A stretch of 63,200 nucleotides of DNA, filler included, from Octopus bimaculoides (Eukaryota), in assembly GCF_001194135.2 (NCBI RefSeq). It is 5 parts of 5 records of this genome, joined end to end, with 100 filler letters (N's around TTAATTAATTAA, not from the genome) between each part and the next. Parts side by side here need not be neighbours in the genome. Positions count along the whole stretch, not along the records: positions 1 to 26,423 come from NC_069004.1; positions 26,524 to 47,689 come from NC_069007.1; 3 more parts are not named here. The stretch is one strand, 5' to 3'. Position 1 is the stretch's first letter; each line of letters begins with the position of its first letter. Below the pieces are notes generated by a model. The model was not told the DNA's origin. It ran no database searches and worked only from the letters and a program-made list of their open reading frames with translations. The position numbers and the translations under genes are program-made. Below, one piece after another: positions 23,380 to 36,411 of this stretch.

Positions 23380-23663
23380 TAAATAATATATAAATATATG
23401 CATATATCCATACATATATGTATACATACATGCATATATGGGTACAGGACATCAAAAAAACGTTAAACACAATGAGAAATGAAAACAGAAAAACTTTTTT
23501 CGAACAACAAAAAAAAACAGAGAAACGAGACATGCAACATAAAGAGTATACCCCTTCTTCAGTTGTCCCTGTTCCATACCAGAATATACATACATACACC
23601 AGATTACATAAGAACGTATGTATGTACATATGTCCATACATAGCAGAGAATACACACACACAC

Positions 23664-23713
<50 letters not shown>

Positions 23714-24284
23714 TTGCATGTATGTATATGAAGTGCATATATCTGTATATACTCACAACATGGTCGCTTTGAAGGAATTTGATGAACCAAAAAGGTTGGG
23801 CAGATGGTTGAGGGATAAAATAGAAAACTAGAAAGCTGAATTCAATTGACTGGTTTGGCCAAAAAAGAAACCATGATTGTTGCCATTCACTGAAAAGATG
23901 GTTAAATATTTCAGTTATTTTAAAGACCTCAAGAAAAGTTTTGCATTTTCAGGAAAAGAGTGTAATGTTGCAAAATAACAGAGGAAGTTGCTTTAATAAG
24001 TTGAGGATTGGTTAGAGAAGGAATAAAGAAACATTTCTGAAAAGTTAGATGAAAAACAGAAAGCTGATTCTAAATCTGATCCAAAGAGAGACAGTATGAA
24101 ACTAACAAGAATTAGAGATCAATCAGTCATGATTGATAGGGGCAGGTACAGTTATGTGATTAAGAAGTGTGCATATGGTTACAAGTTCAGTCCCACTGTG
24201 TGGAACCTTGGGCAAATGTCTTTTACTACAGCTCTAGACTGACCAAAACCTTGTGAGTTTATGCATGTATATATACAAGTGAAG

Positions 24285-24604
24285 GCATCTGGCTTAGCAG
24301 TATTTTTCTGGGGAGCAAGTAAAGGATCAGTGTATAAGAATCGCCCAAAAACCATTAATGAGCTAAGATGCAACCATAACCTTCACACGGTCCATACCGC
24401 ATCCAGACTCTCCAAGATGTATTTCAAAACACGTGTTGAAGAGTCAACTTATGTACTGAAAATGAAGGATGACATTTTCAACACCTCTTGCAAAGTTTTT
24501 TTAAAGTCTTGTAAAGTCTAATATATTCTTTTGTAGTCTTATACCATCTTATAAATATTTATCTTGCAATAAAATACTGCGGAGAGACTTTTTGACACCC
24601 TGTA
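24285..24604 (+). mobile_element. Tc1/mariner-family remnant: transposase C-terminus plus right TIR
   Basis: FFWGASKGSVYKNRPKTINELR, ending ttttgacaccctg-TA. Confidence 0.65.
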
Positions 24605-24973
24605 TATTATAAAAGTGTGAATCTGAGAGGAGCATATGTTGAATAAAATCATAATTAACTGATCTTCCTGTAGTTTCTTTTACACAAGACCAGAGACTTT
24701 TCAGCACCTCCTTGTATATATATATATATATATATATTGTTTTGAATTTGTGTGAATGTATATAGAAAAATTTATCAGTTGAATAAAATTAAAACATGGT
24801 CTCATTTGCACATTTTTTTATTATGGTATTTTAACATTAAGAAAATATTTTGTAATGCTCATAACATTAAATTAGTGCTTTTATACACAGTTAACTGACA
24901 GTTGAGTTCAACATATTCCCCTCTCAGATTCACACAAACACACACACATTTTTATGTATATGTATATATGTGT

Positions 24974-25359
24974 GGAGGCACAATGGCCCAGTGGTTAGGG
25001 CAGTGGACTCGCAGTCATAGGATCGCGGTTTCGATTCCCAGATCGGGCGTTGAGTGTTTATTGAGCGGAAACACCTAAAGCTCCATGAGGCTCCGGCAGG
25101 GGATGGTGGTGAACCCTGTTGTACTCTTCCACCACAACTTTCTCTCACTCTATCTTCCTGTTTCTGTTGTACCTGTAATTCAAAGGGTCAGCCTTGTCAC
25201 ACTGTGTCACGCTGAATATCCCCGAGAACTACGTTAAGGGTACATGTGCCTGTGGAGTGCTCAGCCACTTGCACGTTAATTTCACAAGCAGGCTGTTCCG
25301 TTGATCGGACCAACTGGAACCCTCGACATTGTAAGCGACGGAGTGCCAACAACAACAAC
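24974..25359 (+). mobile_element. Full-length SINE family A
   Basis: ggaggcacaatggcccagtggttaggg...gtaagcgacggagtgccaac(aac)n. Confidence 0.9.
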
Positions 25360-25367
25360 GTACGTAC

Positions 25368-25398
<31 letters not shown>

Positions 25399-26057
25399 GA
25401 GAATATGTTGAATAAAATCAGAATTAGCTGATCCTACTGCATTTTTGTTTCACACTAAACCAGGGGCTTTTTAGCACTCCATTGTATATAGTTTTAGCTC
25501 TTTAGCCTTCGGATTACTCTCTCAAATGCAATGCTTACTTAATCACATCGTATTGAATCAACCATGCACTAAACTGCAGTTTTGAGATTTCAATGATGTA
25601 ACTATTTATTCTTAAGATGACATTGTAGGGTTGGTGTGAGAGGTTAGACCTGTCTGGTTTGAACATTACATAGGTAGAATATTTGGGCCAAATATGGCCA
25701 GTTTAAATGCTAAAGGGTTAAATCAGAGCATGCCTTAATCACCTCCTACAATTTTAGATCCCACGAGCTATAATTAGTAACGATGACTACAGAGTATCTG
25801 TGTTGCACAATATTTGCTACTCCTATGGACTTTGGATTTATCTACCTTAAACTTACTTGATTATTTCTTATCAAAAAAACTGAGTGATGAATAAGTAGCC
25901 AGGTCAGTGGGTATGATTAGTGTGGCGACACTTTAAACATGGTAATGATGGGGGAGAGGAAAGGAGAGGAGGGACCCCGAAGGGGAATTATCGAAAGTGT
26001 AACAAAAATACTTGAGCTGTGACAGTTTTAAACTGACTACCATGAGTTTGAATAATA

Positions 26058-26095
<38 letters not shown>

Positions 26096-26105
26096 NNNNN
26101 NNNNN

Positions 26106-26139
<34 letters not shown>

Positions 26140-26592
26140 CACACACACATACTTAATCATATACATACATATATGCATGCATGTGTGTATATGTGTGCGA
26201 ATGGGTTTGCATGAGTTTGCATTTTGCCCGTTCATCAACAAGTGTTTATATATCTATCTATATATACATATTTATATATATACATATATATATGTATATA
26301 TATACATATACATATATATATATATATACATATATATATGTATATATATACATATACATATACATATATATATATATACATATATATATGTATATATATA
26401 CATATACATATATATATATATATNNNNNNNNNNNNNNNNNNNNNNNNNNNNNNNNNNNNNNNNNNNNTTAATTAATTAANNNNNNNNNNNNNNNNNNNNN
26501 NNNNNNNNNNNNNNNNNNNNNNNTTGAACTGTCATGCCATGTATTGGAATTGTTATTATGTAATGCTCTATTCTAATGTTTTAAATGTATTC

Positions 26593-26880
26593 TGTGATGT
26601 TTTGTCGGGATAAAAAGAAAAGGTTACCCAACGCATGGTCTTCGTGTTGTTTCTTCCTCCCCGTCCTATTTGCCTGTGTTGTTCTTCGTTACGTGCTCCA
26701 GCCGAGGCTTTATTATCGGTCAGGATTGTACTGACAGACGAATTTTGCTAGCTCACTGAGCATATGAACGTTCGCGCGTGCGCGAGTCCCCCCCCTTCGG
26801 TGTTTAAGGAGGTGCTTCGCGTGCGGGCGTTCGTAACAATATATACAAGTTGCTGTGAATAAACTATCGTCTAAATTACA
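26593..26880 (-). mobile_element. Possible solo LTR
   Basis: A CpG-rich island bounded by TG...CA with an internal AATAAA. No TSD found. Confidence 0.35.
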
Positions 26881-27019
26881 CAAAATTGAAAATAACGCTG
26901 ACATCTCATTTTAACATATATATTTACCAAATTACATAAAAATATCTTGAAATACTAGAAAATAGATTCATTCAATAAAATCGCCATTGGATTCAACCAC
27001 TGCCTCCAGACGACTTCGG

Positions 27020-27875
27020 AATGTCCTGCAGCTTTTCTAGGAAGAAAGGCTATGCTAAAACAGCCATACTCTCTTCCTTCAGGGGAACCACTCACAGCAT
27101 CTAATAATATCAGAGACCTAGAAGTAATTGTTGACAACAGTCTCAGTTGGAGTGCCCACATCAACAATAAGGTCAATATAGCTCGTAGGATGTGCTCCTG
27201 GATCTCAAGAACCTTCCGGTCCAGAGAACATGGTGTCATCATTCTTCTTTTCTCCCCCTTTGTATGGCCACACCTCAAATACTGCTGCTCCCTGTGGTCT
27301 CCCCATACAAAACAAAACATTTCGAAATTGAATCAGCCCAGAGGACATTCATTAAAAGAATTAAGGATATAATTGATCTTAATTATTGGGGCCTCCTTAA
27401 AGAATTGAAACTCTATTCTCTCCAGCTCTGCCATGAGCAATGCATCATTTGCACAATGTGGAGAAAATACACAAGCACTGTCCAAATGACCTCAACATTA
27501 GCTTCAAAATTCAACCAAGGCTAGGACCACGGGCCATATGTCCCCTACCCAATTCAGAATCACAACCCATAAATGCACTGCCACACAATTTCTTTTCCTC
27601 AACAGGTCCTGCCCTATTTAACATTGTCCCAAAACAGATCAAAGAAGAACAAAAGGATTCCATCACCTTTAAATGGAATCTGGACAAATTTCTTCTAGGA
27701 ATATCAGAAAAGCCAACTATACTTGGATACAACTCACCGAGCAGGAACTCCCTGCTTGAATGGAGCATGATACCACAAAACTTGACTTGAAAAGGATTTA
27801 GCTAATCCTATCAGGTGGTGCTATTAAGTTAGACATGGTCTGGACCAATCTTTGGTTGAAATGTATCTAAGTTAA
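27020..27875 (+). mobile_element. CR1-type LINE 3' fragment
   Basis: IRDLEVIVDNSLSWSAHIN...RTF...HLKYCCSLWSPH...IESAQRTF...KLYSLQ; frameshifted. The 3' UTR has a GGTGGTGC...hairpin-GAAA motif. Confidence 0.9.
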
Positions 27876-28028
27876 ATATATATATATATAACTACATAAA
27901 TAATATTTTTATAAACAAACCCAAAAGGCTTTGTGAGTTATGGAGAGAAACCTATTATGGAAGGCTCATAGTATAACTGTATAATAACTGTATATAATAT
28001 ATATCATAATGATATTTAATTTCCAATT

Positions 28029-28309
28029 TTAAAGTGACAATTTTTAAATATAAACAAACGACTGAAAAATGATGAGCTAACCTCAGGCTGAATCAAACCC
28101 ACAAATCCTTGCGAATCTGATTGACCAAACGCTCACCCATCAATTTCAGTCAAATTTAGTTGATATATACTTAAACTGTCTGAATACTACATGAATAATA
28201 TTTTTATAAACAAGAAGCCATGACAGCTACGATTTGTAGGTTCAATTCAGCCTGAGGTTAACTCATCATTTTTCGGTCATTTGTTTATATTTAAAAATTG
28301 TCGCTTTAA
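28029..28309. mobile_element. MITE with about 79-bp terminal inverted repeats
   Basis: 28029-28107 is inverted against 28231-28309. Confidence 0.85.
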
Positions 28310-28473
28310 GATCGGAGATTAAATATCATTATGAGAGGTAGGCCCCAAAACAGCAAGTATTCTCTCCTGATGACCCCATACACTTGCTGGCTTCCAGTAT
28401 GCGGAGTTCTTGACTGGTAGCACTTGCATGTGTGAGTTGTTTGCAAGACATATATATATATATATATATATAA

Positions 28474-28782
28474 AGCAAACTGGAAGTTGATTGAGAAAGA
28501 GATCCTCAAACAGGATTGGCTTAAATGTCTCTCCATAGCTGACATTGACATGAGACAAATCTGTCCTAGTATGCAATATACACAAAAACAGGATCCCTAG
28601 GGAAAGGCAGATCCTTATGAGACAACAAAGATTGTGAGCCACCAGAGCAAGCACCCCAAAAGTGGTGAGAATTTTTGCCTGGAGAGAGCACTATTGAAGA
28701 TTGAGAAAAGTCTGCTTCAATCTCACAGAAAGGAGAAAACAAATAAAGAGCTTGGGTTACAGAAAATATCAAGTCAAACCCT

Positions 28783-28790
<8 letters not shown>
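28474..28790 (+). mobile_element. CR1-type LINE ORF2 linker fragment
   Basis: ANWKLIEKEILKQDW...LLKIEKSLLQSHRKE, resembling the 5' part of the LINE at 50590. Confidence 0.55.
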
Positions 28791-28829
<39 letters not shown>

Positions 28830-29009
28830 CATACATACATACATACATACATAGGTGAATCTACAGATATATCAGCAGATATGCAAATAGTGAGTTATAT
28901 TAAAAGGATCAAGATGCCTGGTGCCTCACTGTACTCAAGAAGACCCGTGCTCTGCAGCAGAAGTGTTAAGACTGGTTCTTCGAGTGGTGTGAAGCACACA
29001 TGATGGTGC

Positions 29010-29250
29010 CACATAAAAAGCCATATAAAAGCATGTGGTGCCAAGTAATAGCACCCGTGTGGTGCCATGTAAAAGCACCCAGTACACTCTGTAAAGTGGT
29101 TGGCATGTTAGGAAGGGTATCCACCTGTAGAAACCATGCCAACTCAGGCTGGAGTTTGGTGCAGCTGCCCAGCTTACCAGCTCTGGTCAAACCATGTAAC
29201 CCATGCCAGCATGGACAACAGATGTTAAATGATGATGAAGATGATGATGA
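29010..29250 (+). mobile_element. Family D copy
   Basis: Recurrent motif with a (GAT)n tail. Confidence 0.75.
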
Positions 29251-29261
29251 TATACAACTTG

Positions 29262-29488
29262 ATATAAATTGGATTCTTCATGACAACAATGCTCCATGTG
29301 CCACCAAGCTCTCTCCTAAACTCGTGACTTTCTCACCAAAAACATGGTATGGCTTCTGCACCAGCCCTTTTCACAAGATTTAGCATCTGTGGACTCCCAT
29401 CTCTTGCCCAAGATGAAAATGCAGCTGAAGGGTCCCTGTTTTAATACTGTTGTTGAGATCCAGAAGGATTGCAGAAGATCCTCAACTT
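29262..29488 (+). mobile_element. Mariner transposase C-terminal fragment
   Basis: WILHDNNAPC...LLHQPFSQDLASVDSHLLPKMKMQLKG, a decayed HHDNA..H / HPPYSPDL motif set. Confidence 0.85.
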
Positions 29489-29860
29489 NNNNNNNNNNNN
29501 NNNNNNNNNNNNNNNNNNNNNNNNNNNNNNNNNNNNNNNNNNNNNNNNNNNNNNNNNNNNNNNNNNNNNNNNNNNNNNNNNNNNNNNNNNNNNNNNNNNN
29601 NNNNNNNNNNNNNNNNNNNNNNNNNNNNNNNNNNNNNNNNNNNNNNNNNNNNNNNNNNNNNNNNNNNNNNNNNNNNNNNNNNNNNNNNNNNNNNNNNNNN
29701 NNNNNNNNNNNNNNNNNNNNNNNNNNNNNNNNNNNNNNNNNNNNNNNNNNNNNNNNNNNNNNNNNNNNNNNNNNNNNNNNNNNNNNNNNNNNNNNNNNNN
29801 NNNNNNNNNNNNNNNNNNNNNNNNNNNNNNNNNNNNNNNNNNNNNNNNNNNNNNNNNNNN

Positions 29861-29896
<36 letters not shown>

Positions 29897-30489
29897 ATAA
29901 TTTTTATCATTTTAATTCATCTTTTATTTCCTTAAAATACAAAGCATTTCATATCTGTCAAACATGTTCAAAGAACAAAAATAGACAATACCATTTAAGT
30001 TCATTTCAATTATATTCGAAAGTGCAGTTTTGATTAAATGGCAAGATTTCAAAAGAAATTTTTTGAAATTCCTTTCTTGTGTTTAATCTATGTTTTCAAA
30101 TGTGTTGGCCTTAACACTGTGGAGTTTCCATAGGTCCTGCTTGTAAATCATTATTTGCATTGTGTACAGCAAAATCTGACACACTGGCTTGCACAATTTA
30201 TTCCCAATATGTTCCAACAGATTCAAATGCAAATATTTTGATTGCTGTTGTGTATATCAATGGAGAGTAACTGCATTTATTTTATTCATTTAATTTTATA
30301 CAAACACCAGCTTAATTATGAAAAGAATTACTTTTGCTTGATTCCTCAATTCTTAAAGATTTTCCTAAGTAACCGAAACTCAAAGACAGTGCCTTTCAAT
30401 GGAAATATAGTCATAAATGGTTAGACAGAGATGCTCCATTATTTGAATAATTTAATAAACATGTAGAATAACAAGAACTCAAATAATAA

Positions 30490-30945
30490 GATATCTGTTC
30501 AAAGTAAATAGCATGTGTTATGACCACACATCATCTAAAGGGAGTGTGGAAGGAACATGTAGAAGGGGTAGCCCCCAGAAAGGTGTGGGGCAAAATGGTG
30601 AGAAAGGAAGTCCAGATTTTGAGCCTCTCAGAAGGGATTACAGAGGAGTGAGACTTCTAGAGGTTTGCTGTGCTTGAGACGATGTGTCAAGCTAAGTATC
30701 CCTCTCCAGCTAAGCATTCCTAATCTTGATGGCTTGTGGGTTTTGGTGCTATATAAAAAAAACACCCATACCAGTGCCATTGAAATGCACTCGTGCCCAG
30801 TACACTCTGTATAGCAGTTGGTGTTAGGAAGGGCATCCAGTCATAGAAACCATGCCACAACAAACAATTGGTACCTAGACAGCTCCCCAGCAGGCCAGCT
30901 CCTGTCAAACCCTCTAACCCATGCCAGCATAGAAAACTGATTCTG
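30490..30945 (+). mobile_element. RTE C-terminal fragment followed by a family D tail
   Basis: VEGTCRRGSPRKVWGKMVRK...FAVLETMCQAK, then the family D motif. Confidence 0.7.
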
Positions 30946-31110
30946 GGACATTAGTGTTGTGTAAAGGATTCTGAGATATCAGTGTTTCAAGATCCTATCT
31001 TTATATTTCATCTTACATTTTTTGTTTTTTGTTTTTTTGTTATTGAATTGTGGCCATGCTGGAGCACTGCCTCGAAAAATTTTTAGTCATATGAATTGAC
31101 CCCAGGACTT

Positions 31111-31144
<34 letters not shown>

Positions 31145-31169
31145 ATTTCAAGTCTGGTATTTATTCTAT

Positions 31170-31286
31170 CAGGCTCTTTTGCTGAACCACTATGTTACAA
31201 GGATGTAAAGACACCAACACTGGTTGTCAGCAGTGGTGGAGGACAAACACAGACACAAAGACACACACACACACACACACATATAA

Positions 31287-31363
<77 letters not shown>

Positions 31364-31490
31364 TATCAAATCCACTCAGAAGGCTTTGGTTGGCCCGATG
31401 CTATTGTAGAAGACACTTGGCTACACAGTGGGACTGAACCCAGAACCATGTGATCAAGAAGCGAACTTCTTACCACACAGCCATGCCTAA
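31170..31490 (-). mobile_element. SINE family B
   Basis: Reverse complement of the family B head and body. Confidence 0.8.
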
Positions 31491-31881
31491 ATATTCTTTT
31501 ATTAATTTTTAATAGATTTTTAATGAATGTTTTAAAAAGACTTTAATAAGTTATACTATATTTTCTGCAGCTTTGAAGATCCATTTTGATTATCTGGGCT
31601 TAGAATGGTTAAAATGTTAGGCTTAAGTTATAAAACAGTTTTAACATGTCTGTCTTATGTAACAAAGAACTCAGTTTGGAAACAGTTTGATAGAGTTCTT
31701 CACTTGAAAAGCGTCAACTACAAATGTAAAGGTTAAAAAAAAAAGAGATTAAAACCAGCAAAATAATGTGTATGCGTGTGTGTGTGTAAACATGCATATA
31801 CATATACTGTATATAGATACGTACATACATCCACAAACATATATACACATATATGTATGTACGAAATACATACATATATAC

Positions 31882-31941
<60 letters not shown>

Positions 31942-32080
31942 GTATATACATACTTACATATGCATGTATGCATCCATGTGTCTGCTTGTGTATATGAGCA
32001 AATATGCACACACACACACACACAGACATATATACATGCGTGCACACATACATATATACATATGTATATATATATATATA

Positions 32081-32130
<50 letters not shown>

Positions 32131-32660
32131 TATATACATACACACACACACACATATATATATATAGTTGTCTGTTGAAGACAAAATACACAAAAACAGA
32201 GACTGTTTATTTTTTTGTACTTATTTGTTTCTGTGTTGCCTTGTTGTTGTTGTTTTCCATTTTCTCTTTTTGTTCTGCCTAACCCTACCCTAACCCTGGT
32301 CCTCCACCGATGCTCATGAACGGATAGGTGGACGTGTGATGGGTTGACGGAAAGAGAAGACAATAACAGTGGTTGGTTTTAAATTATCTGAGATAATATT
32401 TAATGAAAACAACAAGAATACTTGCAAAAAAAAAAACACGTACTTAAACGTATATTAAAAACGCTCACACACAAAATAATGATGGTGGTGGTGGTGGTGG
32501 AGGTGGCGGCGGCGGCAGTGATGATGATGATTATGATGATGATGATGAGGAGGAGGAGGAGGAGGAGGAGGAGGGGTGACGACGACAACAACATATCGAT
32601 TTTCTGTTAGGGAAAAAGCTCTTGTAGAATATTTAAAATGACACATGGATATGATGAAAT

Positions 32661-32693
<33 letters not shown>

Positions 32694-32706
32694 AAGGGAA
32701 AGAGGA

Positions 32707-32746
<40 letters not shown>

Positions 32747-32805
32747 AGAAAGAGAGAGAGAAAGAAAGAGAGAGAGAGAAAGAAATAGAGAGAGAGAGAG
32801 GAAGA

Positions 32806-32838
<33 letters not shown>

Positions 32839-33124
32839 AGAAAGAAAGAAAGGAAGGAAAAAGAAAGGAAGGAAAAAGAAAGAAGAAAAGAAAGAAAGAA
32901 NNNNNNNNNNNNNNNNNNNNNNNNNNNNNNNNNNNNNNNNNNNNNNNNNNNNNNNNNNNNNNNNNNNNNNNNNNNNNNNNNNNNNNNNNNNNNNNNNNNN
33001 NNNNNNNNNNNNNNNNNNNNNNNNNNNNNNNNNNNNNNNNNNNNNNNNNNNNNNNNNNNNNNNNNNNNNNNNNNNNNNNNNNNATAGGGACCCCCACCTC
33101 CCCTACCCACTCCTTGAGTCTTAC

Positions 33125-33159
33125 AATGGACACGGAATCTCCCACTGGAATCTCAATGT
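33125..33159 (-). CDS. Possible 35-nt exon (xIEIPVGDSVSI), phase 1 to 0
   Basis: Acceptor ttattttaaactggcAG and donor GTAAGA. The phase-0 end is compatible with the 10758 exon. It is short, so chance cannot be excluded. Confidence 0.3.
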
Positions 33160-33279
33160 CTGCCAGTTTAAAATAATAGAGTGAGACACGCTGCCGAAGT
33201 ATTTATTTGAAGAGATAAAGGAAAAAGAAAAAAAGAAAAGGAAGGAAAAGGAGAATTTAGATATTCTTTTATTCTTTTA

Positions 33280-33800
33280 TTCTTCTATTTATTTCAGTCA
33301 TTTGACTGTGGCCATGCTGGAGTACCGCATTTAGTCGAGCAAATCGACCCCAGGATTTATTCTTTGTAAGCCTAGTACTTATTCTATCGCTCTCTCTTGC
33401 CAAACTGCTAATTTACGGGGACGTAAACACACCAGCATCGGTTGTCAAGTGATGTAGGGGGGACAAACACAGACACAGGGGGAGAATTCACAAAAAAAAA
33501 ACAACAAAAGACAAAGACAGGTGGTGTAGACAACAAACAGTTGTATTAATATAACGTTCGGGAATTTAAAAAGTCTTTAATGTTTCGAGCCTACGCTCTT
33601 CCACAGAAAGGAACACAGAAAGAAACAAGGAGAGAAACACGGAGAGAAAAAATATATATACGACGGGCTTCTTTGAGTTTCCGTCTACCAAATCCACTCA
33701 CAAGGCTTTGGTCGGCCTAAGCCTATAGTAGAAAACACATGCCCAAGGTGCCACACAGTGGGACTGATCCCAGAACCATGTGGTTGTTAAGCAAGCTGCT
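33280..33800 (-). mobile_element. SINE family B interrupted by an HHR-like repeat (about 33480-33650)
   Basis: The family B halves flank ggagaattcac...gaagacaggtgg...gagcctacgctc...ggagagaaa. Confidence 0.8.
33571..33612 (-). ncRNA. Degenerate hammerhead-like motif (second copy at about 38098-38135)
   Basis: cttt-CTGTGGA-A-GAGC-gtag-GCTC-GAAAC-ATT-aaag. Copy 2 keeps the GTC site but has lost the core. Confidence 0.4.
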
Positions 33801-34065
33801 TACCACACAGCCGCTCCTGGGAAAATACGAGGATAATAGACATAATGATTTTAAATTTTGAAACAATGACTGAAATTGTTGGGGAGTGGAATAGTTGATT
33901 AAATCAACACCAGTGCTCAGCTGGTACTTATTTTATTGACCTTGAAAAGAAAATGAAAGACAAAGGCAACCTCAAAGGAATTTGAAGTCAGAACGCAAAA
34001 ACGGAGGAAATACTTAGCAGTATTTCGCCCAGCATGATAACGATTCTGCCAGCTCGTCGCCTTAA

Positions 34066-34528
34066 GATGGGCTACAGCAAATATTCTGCTCAATACCACA
34101 GATTTGCTTGTCAGTTGTTTGACCTTCACCAGTTGAGCATGTCCCTTGGTGGCTGACGATATGTGCATCTCTGATTATGAGCAGAAGTAGTGGGGGAGCA
34201 TCATAGCCATGTGTTGAGAGGAATTCTTTGGGGTTTGGATAATTCACCTCTGGAAACATGGGTGTTTTGTTCTACAGCCTTAAAACAAACCTTATTCAGG
34301 GACCTTTTGAGTGAGATGGGCTACTCGACCTGAAGAAAAATCTAACTGGGCCCCACCTGCGAGGTCATGGACTATTTATCTTGATATGAGATCACCATGT
34401 TGCGCACATATGGTTGGGATGCATGTGCCTGATGTACCCTTATCAGATGGGTAGTCATGATGGGTATAATGGGCTTTGTATATTTGTACCCCGGTGTCAC
34501 TTTGATGGCATGCACTGCTCTCTCACTC

Positions 34529-34564
<36 letters not shown>

Positions 34565-34565
34565 C
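34066..34565 (+). mobile_element. (AAT)n-tailed dispersed repeat of unknown class
   Basis: The 5' part recurs inverted at about 45780-46170. It ends ctctctcactc(aat)n. Confidence 0.65.
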
Positions 34566-35128
34566 CTGATGATGATGATGATGATGATGGTCGCTCCTGT
34601 TGTTTTCGACGGATGAGTGTTTGAAGGAGAGGACTTAAAAGTTAAAAAGGGTAAAAGAAAGAAAGAAAGAAAAACGAAAAACACTAAGAAGCTGCATTTA
34701 TTTGCAATGGATGCATGAATGTAATTCCAGTCCAGGATTTTGCTATGAAGTTGCAACACGGGGACATTGACGATAGGGATTTTGACTGGGATTTTGGGGA
34801 AGTGTGTCTGTTGATTGCGGGATATAGCTCTTCTATTGTTCTGCCAGCTCTCCTTTCTACTATAGGCACAAGGCCTGAAATTGTAGGGAAAGAATCCCTT
34901 CCTATATTATGTGTGTGTGCACGTGCACGTGCTTGTGTGTGGTGTCTGTGGCTCTGTTTATCTCCCCGCCCCAACAACACTGATTGACACCCAGTGTCAA
35001 GGATGAAAGGCAAAGTCAACCTTGTTTGAATTTGAACTCAAAATGTAGTGACAGGCGAAATACCTCTAAGCATCTTATCCACCATGCTAACAATTCTGCC
35101 AGCTCACCATAAGAAGAAGAAGAAGAAG

Positions 35129-35745
35129 TATATTCACAGACACTACAGAGCTGGGACCTACATAGACTGGAAGCTATGCCAACACTATGGAATAACAACA
35201 GAAAAAAAAAGATGGTATAAACACACACCAGAAAACGTCACAGAAAATGAGAAAGCAATCATACTCTGGGATATGCCAATACACACAAATAGAGAAATTA
35301 AGGCCATTAGGCCAGATATAGTTGTCAGAGATCATGAAGAAAAAATGTTTTCTAATTGATGTATCAATACCAGCAGATGACAGCATTTCCCTAAAAGAAA
35401 TGGAGAAACTTTCAAAATACAAAGACCTGGAAATAGAGGTAACTCGAATGTGGAATCTAAAAACAGAAACAATTCCTATCATAGTAGGTGCCTTAGGTAT
35501 AATAAAAAAAATATTCAGACAAATACATAACAAAAACACCAGGACTAACAAATATATATAACATACAGAAGATTGCACTACTAGGTACTGCACACATCCT
35601 ACGCAAAACACTTTCAATACAGTAACCATAAGAGCACCACAGCAAACCACAGCACATACCCAAGGCACACAGAGCTGCGCTCGGTAGTGAAGTGAAAGCA
35701 CGTTATAAAAATAAAACTACTGAATAATAATAATAATAATAATAA
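35129..35745 (+). mobile_element. R4/Dong-clade non-LTR retrotransposon 3' end (restriction-like endonuclease)
   Basis: WKLCQHYG..WYKHTPE..ILWDMPIHT..RPDIVV..LIDVSIP.D..KE.EKLSKYKDL..IVGALG..QKIALLGTAHILRK*, followed by (TAA)n. Confidence 0.9.
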
Positions 35746-36164
35746 GCTGAAACAACAAATTAGACAGAGACTACAATATTGATAACAGTGTCAAAAAATA
35801 TAATAAATCGACATTGGAAATATTCATGACCGATATCATCAATAAAATAGATAAATCGTTTTGGTTGGTCTTTTTTCTTTTTGGTGTTGTTTGTTGTGGG
35901 TNNNNNNNNNNNNNNNNNNNNNNNNNNNNNNNNNNNNNNNNNNNNTCTCTCTCTCTCTTTCTCTATGAGAATGTGTGTGTGTGTGCGTGTATACAAATAA
36001 ATATATATATATATACAAACATACATACATTTATATATTAATACATACATATATGTATGCATATATATCACACACACAACACATGCATATATATATTATA
36101 TTACATCGATGTGTGATTGTGTGTGTGTGTGTGATTGTGTGTGTGTGTGTGCATATATAAATAC

Positions 36165-36411
36165 TCTTTTACTCGTTTCCGTCATTTGACTGTGGCCATG
36201 CTGGAGCACTGCCTTTAGTCGAGGAAATCGACCCCAGAACTTATTCTTTGTAAGCCTAGTACTTATATTGGTCTCTTTTGCCGAGCCGCTAAGTTACGGG
36301 TACGTAAACACACCAGCATCGGTTGTCAAGCGATGTTGGGGGGACAAACACACACACACAAACATATACTCACACACATACATATATATATATATATATA
36401 AGACGGGCTTC
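36165..36411 (-). mobile_element. SINE family B 3' half
   Basis: Reverse complement of the family B tail, truncated at gacgggcttc. Confidence 0.85.

Noticed and set aside
23760-24130. Purine-rich, coding-looking segment (possible L1/Tx1 relic)
   Set aside because: It has multiple stops and no diagnostic motif that I can support.
28355-28420. CTGATGA followed by a CCCCATAC/GTATGCGG stem
   Set aside because: No GAAA follows the stem.
30134-30267. Plus-strand open frame GPACKSLFALC...INGE
   Set aside because: It is short, has weak splice signals and no supporting neighbours.
32278-32297. Telomere-like CCCTAA units
   Set aside because: Only about three imperfect units are present.
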